Shown here: positions 52,136 to 64,000 of the stretch, piece after piece
How positions within the stretch are numbered: the stretch's first letter is position 1
Layout of the letters: each line of letters opens with the position of its first letter
Assembly: GCA_951406725.2 (NCBI GenBank)
Contig: OX597829.1
Location: 56,296,001 to 56,360,000, forward strand
Length of the DNA stretch: 64,000 bases
Source: Octopus vulgaris
Lineage: Eukaryota
Reading direction: 5' to 3'
Notes under the pieces: generated by a model
The model's input: only the letters and a program-made list of their open reading frames with translations
Told to the model about the DNA's origin: nothing
The model's database searches: none
Program-made: the position numbers and the translations under genes

Positions 52136-53463
52136 GTAGCAGAATTAGAGAAAAAGTTCCAGTGTGGAAGTAAAACCTGGAATCACAGTCATAAAGTTGT
52201 TAGCAAGAAAGAAGATAAAACTCTCTTTCCATCAGGTAAATGGCCCTGCTCAATGTGTAGAAAAGGAGTTGGAAGGAATTCCATTCGCTGCAGCCAGTGT
52301 AAGCTAGAGACACCTAAGAGGTCCAGTGGAATCAAAGACAGATAAAGTCGTCTTTGTATGTGGCAGATGTGCAGGAACAATAAGTACTAAGAGCACACAG
52401 GACTTTGTCTCTCTCAAATGCCCACGAGGATCTCTTCAGGTTGTAGATAGATTTTGTTACCTTGGTGACCAAACTAGCAATGGTGGCGGATGCTCTGAAA
52501 GTTATTGTTTCTAGAATAAGAGTAGAATCTCTGTTGGCAACAAATGAACTCTCTCTCAGAGTGAAAGGTAGACTGTACGAAGCTTGCGTGTAAACAAGGC
52601 ATACGTAGAACTGGAGAGAAACGAAGGTAATATGCTCCACTGGATGTGCAACATCAGTGTACGAGTATGACAAAGTGCAAATGTATTGAGAGAAAAGTTG
52701 GGTATAGGAGGAATCAGCTGTAGAATGCAAGAGAGAAGACTATGTTGGTTTGGACAAGTGATGTGTATGAATGAGGACAGTTGTATAAAGAAGGGCTGAA
52801 AGTGGATGATGCCCATGGAAGAGGGAGACCCAGGAAAACATGGTATGAAGTGGTGAGGACTGATCTCAAGATATTGAGCTTTGTGGAGGAAATGACAATG
52901 GATAAAGATATCTAGAGATATGACATTCTTCTGAAGACCTTCCCATGTCGGCAGAAGTGCTGTGTTCCACCCACACATAACAATAAAACTCCCCACATGC
53001 CCTACCCCAACAAATGAAACTAGAGCTCTTCTCCTACTCACATTTCCTCTTTCAAGCACTATGCTTATCTCTCACTCCCCAATCCTGTCCTCACAACCCT
53101 GCTCCCTGTAGCATTGCTATCTCATAATCCCCTGCACCCTTTATATTTCCAGGTTTTCACCCAATCACTGCACTACTCTAGGCCCTTATACTTCTTTGTC
53201 AATACCCTGCCACTCATATTATGACCTCCATACCTTGAGGTTATCTGCTGGCACTTCCCACCATCTACCTGCCTACTTTTACTCGACCATCCCATTTATA
53301 TTCTGATCCCCGTCTCATGTCAGTAATGCACTTTGCAACCATCTCTCCCCTGCTCTCTTTCTCTTACTCTTTCCCTCTCCCTCTCACTGGTTAACCATGT
53401 TTCTCCTCTACAGCAACACACCTGTTTCGGTCCCCATTCTCGATCATTCTTTCTCTCTATTGC

Positions 53464-53532
<69 letters not shown>

Positions 53533-53908
53533 AACCTTTTCATCATCTGAAACAACATCCCCACTTCCAATGTCCCCACTCCTTTCAAGGGCTCTTTGTT
53601 TTGCAAAGTGCAGGTGCCACTTAAAAAGCACTCAGTCCACACTGTAAAGTGGTGGGCATTTGGAAGGGCATCCAGCTGTAAAAACCACCCCAAAAATAAC
53701 CTCGCCTGTGCTTGTGCCACATAAAAAGCACCAAATTCACTCCTCTGGGTGGTTGGTGTTATGAAGGGTATCCAGCCATAAAAACTCTGCTAAAACATTC
53801 ACAGAAGTCTGGTGCAAGCTCCTACCTTGCCAGCTCCTGTCAAACTGTCCAACCCATGCTAGCATAGAAAACAGATGTTAAACAATGAAGATGATGATGA
53901 TGATGATG
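52136..53908 (+). mobile_element. Older RTE LINE fragment with pyrimidine-rich 3' UTR and (GAT)n tail
   Basis: WPCSMCRKGVGRNSIRCSQC, FVCGRC, FCYLGD, then a CT-rich UTR and the shared terminus. Confidence 0.88.
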
Positions 53909-54030
53909 AGTGTGTGTGTATTTATATAAATATATATTGAGAATATAGTCTTTGTGTGTGGCAAATATGCAGGTACAATAAACACTAAAAATATGCCTAC
54001 AACAGACTTTCTCAAATGCTTGGATGATCA

Positions 54031-54590
54031 TTCAAAGTAGTAGAAAGCTGTTACCTAGGAGACCTAATTAGCAGTGGTGGAGGAAGTTCTGAAAGCATAG
54101 TTGCTAGAATAAAAACAGGCTGGGCAAAGTTCAGAGAGCTTCTATCTTTGTTGGTAACTAAGGGCCTCTCTCTTAGATTGAAAGACAGATTGTATGATGC
54201 CTGTGTATGTACAGCTATGCTACATGGCAGTGACACATGAGCTTTGACTACAGAGGACTTGTGAAGGGTTGAAAGAAATGAATCTAGCAAGCTCCACTGG
54301 ATGGGTAATATCAGTGTGCACACACACACACACAACTGAGTGTAAATGGTTTAAGAGGAAAACTGGGTAGAAGAGGCATCAGATGTGGTAGGCAAGAGAG
54401 AAGACTGTGCTGGTATGGTCATGTGATGTGTGTGGATGGGGACAGTCGTGTAAAGAAGTGCCAATCTCTAATTATGGAGGGAACCTGTGGAAGCGGTAGA
54501 CCCAGGAAAGTGGTGTAAACAGATCTACAGAAGCTGGGCCTCACTGAGGAAATGATGCGGCAATTTGCTATACTTGATAAGACATGTTAA
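54031..54590 (+). mobile_element. RTE LINE C-terminal fragment
   Basis: CYLGDLISSGGG...KGLSLRLKDRLYDACV...LCWYGHVM. Confidence 0.85.
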
Positions 54591-54794
54591 GCTAAGCAGA
54601 ACTGTTGTCTTCCATGCATACAGACTTGTCCTTTTAGGTGCTGCCAGTGCCACATAAAAGGCACCTGAGTCAGTGCTGCATGAATGCACCCAGCTGTAGA
54701 AAACATGCCACAACAGACAATAGGAGTCTGGCCAGCTCCAAGTCAAAGTGTCCAACCCATGCCAGCATGGAAAGCAGATGCTAAATAATTATGA

Positions 54795-55207
54795 TGATGT
54801 GGTAAGAAGCTTGCTTCCCAACAACATGATTCCAGGTTCAGTCCCACTGTGTGGCACCTTTGGCAAGTGTCTTCTGTTATGGCCTCAAGATAACCAAAGC
54901 CTTGTGAGTGGATTTGGTAGACAGAAAACTGGAAGGAGCCCATCGTATGTGTGTGTGTGTGTGCATGCGTGTGTATGTATGTATGTATGGATAGATGTAT
55001 ATATGTGTGTATATATTTGTGTGTGTGTGTGTGTGCGTTTGCCCCCCCCCTTCCCCATTGCTTGACAACCAATGTTGGTTGTCATGTTCAGCAAAAGAGG
55101 CCGACAGAATAAGTAGTAGGCTTACAAAGAATAAGTCCTGGGGTCGATTTGCCCGACTAAAGGTGGTGCTACAGTCAAATGACTGAAACAAGTAAAAAAT
55201 AAAAGAA
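54795..55207 (+). mobile_element. Microsatellite-containing tRNA SINE
   Basis: Same family as 33114-33640. Confidence 0.88.
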
Positions 55208-55263
55208 TATGTGTATTTGTGTGTGTGTGCACGTGCATGTGTGTGTGTGTATATGTATGTGTA

Positions 55264-55674
<411 letters not shown>

Positions 55675-55708
55675 ACATATCAACGTGTGTTACTGTTCTA
55701 CCTGCTAC

Positions 55709-55916
<208 letters not shown>

Positions 55917-56136
55917 GTGAATGAATTATCATATGTTTATCGTCAGCATGGAAAATTCGTTTAACCGAAACCTGGGTAGCAAATTCACGTCAGAAAACAC
56001 GGTTGAAGCGACCTGTCCAAGGGTAGAAACTCCGGGTTCGTCTGTAGAAATTTGTGTGTTTTTTATATGAATAAATGAAAGAATGGAGTCGAACGAAGAT
56101 GTTAACAAAATTCCTTTACTCTCGACACATTTATTC

Positions 56137-56241
<105 letters not shown>

Positions 56242-57260
56242 CATACCTCCACACACGCACATTTTTCTTATACATTGTGAGTGTATGATAATGAGGTTAG
56301 GTTTCATGTATCTCTTTTAAAATATTACTCCAAGGTCTCTTCATAAAAGCAATGCATTGCTGGCAAATATGTTTTATATATTTTTTATATGCTGCTGGTG
56401 TATGTAGACAGAGTTAGGAAGGAGGGGTGAAGTATTTGTAATCGACAACACACGCAATTTATTTACAGAGTGAAGAGAGTGAAAATATTAGTATTACACA
56501 CTCTTATTTGACTGAATGAGGTCAGAGAGAGAGAGAGAGAGAGAGAGAGCCAGACAGACAGACAGACAGAGTTCATTGACTTCAAGAGTCTAGCAAGGGG
56601 AGGTAACAGCTGAATATTTCAGTAAATCTTTGCTCAGACACACACACGATTCCTACCAAAATTTTGTTTAACTCCTCTGAAATATGAATCAGTTACGTGC
56701 ACTGGTACAGGGTTAAATATTATTCTAAAGACAGTCAGAAGCGGTTCGGTATTACTCTTCATATTACAGATCATGGCCCTTTATGACTACTTATTCAATT
56801 ATTCTTTATTGTTTTTTTGTGGGTTTTTTTTTTGTTTCCAATCATGACCAACACTGAATATTGCAACTCAGCAAAATACTCTTCACTCATAAATAAAATG
56901 TAAATGATTAGACTGAGTAATATTTCTTTTTAACCACTTAGTTAGGAAGGGGATGGCAAAATCCATATTCCTTTTTTCAGGGTTTCTAAGACAATTGGTA
57001 AGAAATGATGAAATTACCCTCAAACTAAGGCTCATGCAGGGCTGTGTTGCTAAGAAGTTTGGTTCCCAACCACTTGGTTATGGGTTCAGTCCCACTATGC
57101 AGCACCTTGGGTAACTGTCTTTTACTATATCCCCAGGCCAAATGAAACCTGAGTGAATTTGATAGAGAGAAACTGAAAGAAGCCTGTAACTGCATGTGGA
57201 TTGTTAGCAATTTTTTTCCTCCATCTTCCTTTTTTTTTTTTGGACTTTCCTATGTCTCCT

Positions 57261-57295
57261 GTTTCTGAAGAAGAGCTTTGCTCAAAACATAAAAC
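57261..57295 (+). pseudogene. Decayed minimal hammerhead ribozyme
   Basis: GTTT-CTGAAGA-A-GAGC-TTT-GCTC-[A]AAAC-[A]TA-AAAC. Restoring two CpA to CpG gives GAAAC-GTA with stem I GTTT/AAAC. Confidence 0.6.
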
Positions 57296-57388
57296 ACCCT
57301 TTCTTCCCTTCCCTGAGTATCTTATTAATAGAGGATAAGAAAGTTTAACTTTCTTACCAAGTTTCAACATGCTTATGCCAGGCAACAA

Positions 57389-57420
<32 letters not shown>

Positions 57421-58879
57421 GCTGAAAGGTTTGACAGAATCCAATGGGTCCAAGAACAGCACTGTGTTCCACTGTCTGCTTTGGCAAGGTTTCTATGATA
57501 GGGTACCCTTCATAATGTCAACCACTTTACAAAGTGTACAAAGGGTGCTTTTTATGTGGCATCAGCACTAGTGAGGTTGGTAACTAATTTGCAGGATTAC
57601 AAAATGTAGAGGATGTGGCGGGTGTTAGCTTCATGCTAGAGATGAAGGGTTAAATGAAGAGAAAAGGAGGGAAGGGTCAGAGCAGGTTCTTGTAGAGGAA
57701 CTAACTGCATGGCTGCTCACAATGGAAAAGGAGAGAGAAAAGAGAAAGCAGGAGTCGCAAAGAAATAGATGAAGTGTACATCCTAGTAGAAATGGGTGGG
57801 GAGGTGGTTTGCAAGAGTGTATGGGGAGAAGGAGATGAGGGGATGCAGGGGTAGATTGCAAAATTTGTGTAAAAATAGAAAGGTGGAAGAACAAAGAGCC
57901 ATGATTAGGGTGAAGATAGAGGGATGCAGAAGAGAATAGAAGATGAGTGCAGCAGGAATAATAATGTGATAGGGTCATATACTCAGACTTTAAATTAGAA
58001 GGACCCCCTTCGGTCAGGAATGAGCATGGGACTGCACCTAGAAAATTCCCCTCCAAGGCACAAGTCCGGACAAGGCTGTTTATTGAAGACTATCAGTCAC
58101 CCATGCCATACCAGCCTCCCCTCTCAACACCACTGATGTTATCCAAGGGAAAGACAAAGGGGCCAATACAGTTTGGTACCAGTGACATCGCAGCTCATTT
58201 CTACAGTTGAGTGAAATGGAGCAACGTGAAATAAAGTGTCTTGCTCAAGAACACAACACACAGCCCATTCTGACCTCATTAAAAACAGGATGTAAAATAC
58301 AAGGCTGAAATATGCCTAATCTAACAACAAAAACTGCAGAGCAACACAAGTGGTGTTGCTCTGCTAAACCTAGTATTACAGAAAAATACAAACTCAAAGT
58401 TTAGACAACATCCAAAAGATCAAAGGTCCAAGAATACCAATCAATCACAGGATTACTTTTGCCAACCACTCCAAGAGTGTAGTGAGTGCCTTTTTATGTA
58501 TCAGCGGCATGTGTGCCATTTACGTGTCACCAGTACCATCCATGACTACGATTTAACTTGGTCGAAGATCTTGATCACTTGCCATTGCCACTGTGAGACC
58601 CAACATCTGAAGATCCTGCTTCAAGGGTATTTTGCAAGTTAGGAACCTTTCAGCACCCTGTCATATGTAATATGCACACACACACACACACACACATATA
58701 TATAATATAAATACATATATACACACAGGTACACAAACATACTAGACTGAGTTCCATTTGTCCTTTTCCGTATAAGCTCAAAACTGACTATGGAGTTGTT
58801 TAATCTTTTTAGACTTTTTTATTGCTAATATTAAACAAAGCAGGAAATCTTTATTTAAAGGAAGACAATATAATCACAC

Positions 58880-59050
58880 AGTTAACCCCTAACAATGTCC
58901 CCTAGTAACTACACCAAAGCCAGACTTGTTGTATACAACAGTAAACCTAAATATGCCAAGTACATAGTAGCTAGGATTAATATAGATAACAGAATTGAAA
59001 ACCTTCCCTAAATACAAGGCTTTTATTACTATTAAGGATCACAAAGCTGA
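58880..59050 (+). mobile_element. Penelope-like ORF fragment (upstream of the RT core)
   Basis: AKYIVARINIDNRIENLP / AFITIKDHK, matching the PLE motif AFITLKDHK. Confidence 0.65.
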
Positions 59051-59205
59051 CCCTGTTAGCTGTGTAAAATTTTGGAGAATGATAGATATAATTTTCTTAT
59101 TTTCCTCTTATTTTGGCATTTTTACTTACATCCTCATACTCTTAATAGCAACTTGCACCATGTACATTTTTCACTAATATCTCCAGTTGGGAAAAAATCG
59201 AATAT

Positions 59206-60667
59206 TCATGCATGTAGAGCAAACTGTAGTTATCAGAAAGCTTAGTAAAACATCTGCTGTCATTATTGACAGGTAAGGTATTCTAGTTTGATACAAATAT
59301 TAAGTTCACACAGTGATAAAATAATAATGGAGGTGGAGTAGTATCACTGGAAGAAAGTGGGATTTGGGAGACTTATGTTTTGTCTCCTAAATTCCAGGTC
59401 TTCCCACTCTACCTATGTTTGGCAAATACCACAGATGAAGCAAAGATAAGCAAAGAAAATCTTTCATACAAAAGTAAAAACCAAGACTTAACAAACTACA
59501 AACACACAAAATACAAACACAAATACAGAATACATACGCAAATAACTATTTACACACAAAATTCATTCTGCCACTTATCATGAGGAAGCTACACGACTAA
59601 CAATCTTAACTTTAGCCAATGGACTACACACAAACGACTTCTGTCCACTCTCCTACCAAACAGATTAAACTTGGAGTGCATTGATTATAATTAATCATGT
59701 TCCCTCAACCGCGTTGGCCTTCTTTTTAGGTGCAAAATATACTGTGGCATGAATGTGAGAAAAGTACAAAAGGCTATAAACTTAATCATGTGTTCATTCT
59801 CTACAAACACTTGACAGAAAACATTCAGAGCATGGATTGTTTGGACTTGTTCACTCAACCGTGTCAGCCTTAACTTATGATGCCAAACATTGTCACTTGA
59901 TACTAACACACAGGGAACCTACAAAGATTTCTAAGACCAGTCATGTGACTCCTCTACTATTCAAATCCTATGCAAAACATATGCTAATTTGAGTCACTTG
60001 GTCAAAGATCTTGATTACTTGTCATTGCCTCTGTGAGACCCAACATCTGAAGATCATGCTCCACAACCTCATCCTGGGTCTACTTCTACCACCGGTTCCC
60101 TCAACAGTTAGAGATCGGCATGTCTTTACACAGCTGTCCTCATCCATATGCATCACATAACCATACCAACACAGTCGTCTCTCTTGCACACCACATCTGA
60201 AGCCTCTTATGCCCAGCTTTTCTCTCAAAATGCTTACACACTGTTGTACATGCACACTGACGTTACACATCCGGTGAAGCATACCAGCTTCATTTCTTTC
60301 AAGCCTTCACATGTTCTTAGCTGTCACAGCCCATGTTTCCCTGCCATGTAGTATGGCTGTTTGCACAAAGGCATCATACAATCTGCCTTTCACTCTGAGG
60401 GAGAGGCCCTTTCTCACCAACAAAAGTAAAAGCTCTCTGACCTTTGCCCTGCCTATTCTTATTCTGGCAGCCACACCCTCGAAGCATCCATCTCCAATGC
60501 TGCCTTGGACACTTAGATAATAGAAGCTATCAACTGCTATAAAGTATCCCCTGGCATTTGATGCTAAGTTTGTTTTCTGTACATTTCTGGTGTTTATTGT
60601 ACCTGTACATCTGCCACATACAAAGACTATTTTCCCTGTTAACCTTGCTCTGATATTGTTGCCCATA

Positions 60668-60727
<60 letters not shown>

Positions 60728-61064
60728 ATATATATACATATATATATTTGTGTTTGTATTTTGTGTGTTTGTAGTTTGTTTAGTCTTGGTTTGTACTTTT
60801 GTATGAAAGATTTTCTTTGCTTATCCTTGCTTCATCTGTGGTATTTGCCAAACATGGGTAGAGTGGGAAGACCTGGAATTTAGGAGACAAAAAATAAGTC
60901 TCCCAAATCCCACTTTCTTCCAGTGATACTACTCCACCTCCATTATTATTTTATCACTGTGTGAACTTAATATTTGTATCAAACTAGAATACCTTACCTG
61001 TCAATAATGACAGCAGATGTTTTACTAAGCTTTCTGATAACTACAGTTTGCTCTACATGCATGA
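59206..61064. repeat. 320-bp inverted duplication (59206-59525 and 60745-61064)
   Basis: The arms are reverse complements with about 5 substitutions by eye. The spacer is about 1.2 kb. Confidence 0.93.
60001..60659 (-). mobile_element. RTE LINE C-terminal fragment
   Basis: ORFs 60307-60666 and 60022-60282 (IVFVCGRC...KGRLYDAFVQ...LCWYGYVMHMDEDSCVK). Confidence 0.9.
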
Positions 61065-62302
61065 TATACATGATGATATATATACATATATCACAGAATA
61101 CACACACACACATACACACACACACACGCCTATTTTTTTATTCTCTTATTCTTGTTTCAATCACCAGACAGCAGCCATACAGGGGCACTGTCCTGAAGTG
61201 TTGATGACACTGACCCTAGCGCACATTTTTTAGTCTTGTACTTACTTATCTTATCTTGAAAGAGAGCACTGCTATTTTTCAAGTGGTGTCAACTAAAAGA
61301 TAGACATGGAAAGATACACACACAAACACACACACACACACTCCACACACCACACACACATACACACACATATGTACATACATACATGCAGTCCTACATC
61401 ACGTATATGTGTGTTCTGATGTGAGATTGACTGAGAAACAAAATATCTAAGATGTCTAATGTTTCTCGTACAGTCTGAATGTCCTCTTTAGGGATCAGTT
61501 CTTTCTTACTGTTACTATTTCTTATCACCATTTGTTTACTCTTATGTTGTTTTTTAAAGTAATAAACTGGTGAATTCCCAGGCAGCATTTATATTTATAA
61601 TGCTGTGGACACCGCCAGATTGAGTGGAACTGCCAAAGTATCGAAACCACAATGATATCCGTTTGGGCAGCTTCTACATATAGAAGAAGGCTATTTTCTT
61701 GAAAAGATTAACATCTTGTCTGTTTTCCTGCTAACAAGAATTTTTGATTTTTTGAAAGTTAACTTTAAGACCCATTGATTCCAGGTTTTGCTTCCACACC
61801 TACAGATTCTTTTCTAAATTCACTACAGATGTGTGTGTATGTATGTATGTGTGTGAGTCTTTGTGTGATGCACACATGCATTATGTGTGTATAAAAGCAA
61901 GCCCAACAGCTCAATCATCATCATCATCATCATCATCATCATTTAGCATCCGTTCTCCATGCTAGCATGGGTTGGATGGTTTAACTGGGGTCTGTGAAGC
62001 CGGAAGGCTTCATCAGGCCCAGTCAGATTTGGCAGTGTTTCTACAGCTGGATGCCCTTCCTAACGCCAACCACTCCGTGAGTGTAGTGGGTGCTATTTAA
62101 TGAAAATATATATATATAAAATATATAGTTACAAATTGAGATGGGGGTTGTAAATGCAACCCTCCATGGGATAACATATATCCAATATACTGCTAGTGAA
62201 GTACCCAACAAAGTTAATACATAAATGTTAAGGATTGCGATGCAATCAATTCATCTACTGTATTATATGGGCAAAAGTAAAATGTTTTACCACAAATTAA
62301 TA

Positions 62303-62686
62303 ATACAAGATAAGAAAATGGAGAAATACATCTAAATCAAATATCAATTACCAGATAATACTCAATCACATACTTTATTAAACCACCACATAAGAGACTG
62401 TAGGGTTAATTATAAAAAGCAGAACAAATCAGTGTACTTAAAGGAATGTACATAAAAAAGTGTACATAAAAGAGTAATAATGTTGTATAATAAGTAGAAT
62501 ATTATACAACATTACTCTTTTATGTACACTTTTTTATGTACATTCCTTTATGTACACTGATTTGTTCTGCTTTTTATGTTTAACCCTACAGTCTCTTATG
62601 TGGTGGTTTAATAAAGTATGTGATTGAGTATTATCTGGTAATTGATATTTGATTTAGATGTATTTCTCTATTTTCTTATCTTGTAT
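62303..62686. repeat. Near-perfect palindrome, ~190-bp arms, 7-nt loop
   Basis: Arms 62303-62492 and 62500-62686, loop AGTAGAA. About 4 mismatches and one 3-nt indel. Confidence 0.95.
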
Positions 62687-63562
62687 ATAAAATATATATA
62701 TATATGCAGTCTTTCATGGTGTATAAAATTATGTGTAGTAAATGCAATAAATTCTACATCAGATGAACCATCAGACAATTACATATACAGGTTATTGAGC
62801 GAAAAAATATCTACAGAAATGCCACACCCAAGACAACCAGGTTTCCATTGAAGTACAGAAAGTAACTTTGGGAACTTGGGAATAAAATAAAAAAGCTCCT
62901 CTTTTATTGAAGAAATACATACCACTTATTAATAAGAGATTAAATGCAGCCAATTGGTTACTATAGTGACATGTAAACCAACCCTTCATACATATATACT
63001 ACAGGACAAAAAAGGTCAGTGAATACCGACTTTTCTCCAAAGATTTCCTGAGGAAGGGATCCTAACTTTGGAATACTGAAATACCAGGTAAAACTATTAA
63101 CCTGTTTTACGTTTATAAATTGTATTGTTTTGGCTTCTTAAAAAAAATATATACAAACATGTGTGTGTGTGTGTGCACATGTGAGTGCATGTGTGTGTAT
63201 GGGAAAGTGTATGGCCTAATGGTTAGGGTGTTGCACTCACAATCACTAGATTGTGGTTTCAATTCCCAGACTGGGTGATGCTTGTGTTCTTAGGCAGAAC
63301 CCTTCATCTCACGTTGCTCTGCAATCACTTCGACACCTGACGCATGGTACACTTGTGCACCTGTTCAAACATCATCGATTTGATGGAAAGAGAGAGAGAG
63401 TGAGGTTATGTACAACGCATACATTTGATCTCTATAAACAAATCATTTGTGCAGGTCGTTTGGCAAAAAGTTTCATTTTCAGTAGGAGAGTCCATCACAT
63501 ATGGCTTAACTGATTGAAACTCCAAAGTTACTGTCAATAATATTCTTGCTTAAGAATAATAA

Positions 63563-63601
<39 letters not shown>

Positions 63602-63664
63602 TATGTAACATATGTAAATAAATACACACATGCTCATATATTTAGGCACAGAGATGGCTGTTTG

Positions 63665-64000
<336 letters not shown>

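Noticed and set aside
59218-59278. Strong donor CAG|GTAAGG in the duplicated arm (mirrored on minus near 60997), a possible micro-exon
   Set aside because: The acceptor is weak, the peptide has no recognisable homology, and the phase-0 frame needed to join the HHAT exon contains stops.
62792-62989. Hydrophobic 65-aa minus ORF as a candidate upstream HHAT exon (also 59691-59909)
   Set aside because: No alignable MBOAT motif and no convincing splice sites.

Overview
AT-rich, repeat-saturated animal DNA, not prokaryotic. The repeat families (RTE LINEs with (GAT)n tails, tRNA-derived SINEs with internal microsatellites, Penelope-like and Dong/R4 fragments, abundant (TA)n, (CA)n, (CATA)n and (AAT)n) resemble those of Octopus; this assignment is an inference. 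I can support only one host exon: a 323-bp minus-strand internal exon (47790-48112) of an MBOAT protein most like Hedgehog acyltransferase (HHAT/rasp), so most of the window is probably intronic. Other features are one tRNA-Glu(TTC) gene or pseudogene, a CpG-rich solo LTR with a 4-bp TSD, many degenerate RTE copies, and piggyBac- and Helitron-like non-autonomous elements. The most interesting observations are: (1) a C4HC3 PHD finger embedded inside the RT domain of the dominant RTE family; (2) an intact-looking minimal hammerhead ribozyme plus decayed relatives, including a Penelope family that seems to couple a tRNA-like Pol III promoter to a hammerhead; (3) several long inverted duplications (a ~190-bp-arm palindrome and two local inverted copies about 1.2 kb from their partners) that could form intronic dsRNA. 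Most short ORFs in the track are microsatellite translation artefacts. Repeat boundaries were read by eye and are approximate unless a TSD or splice site is quoted.
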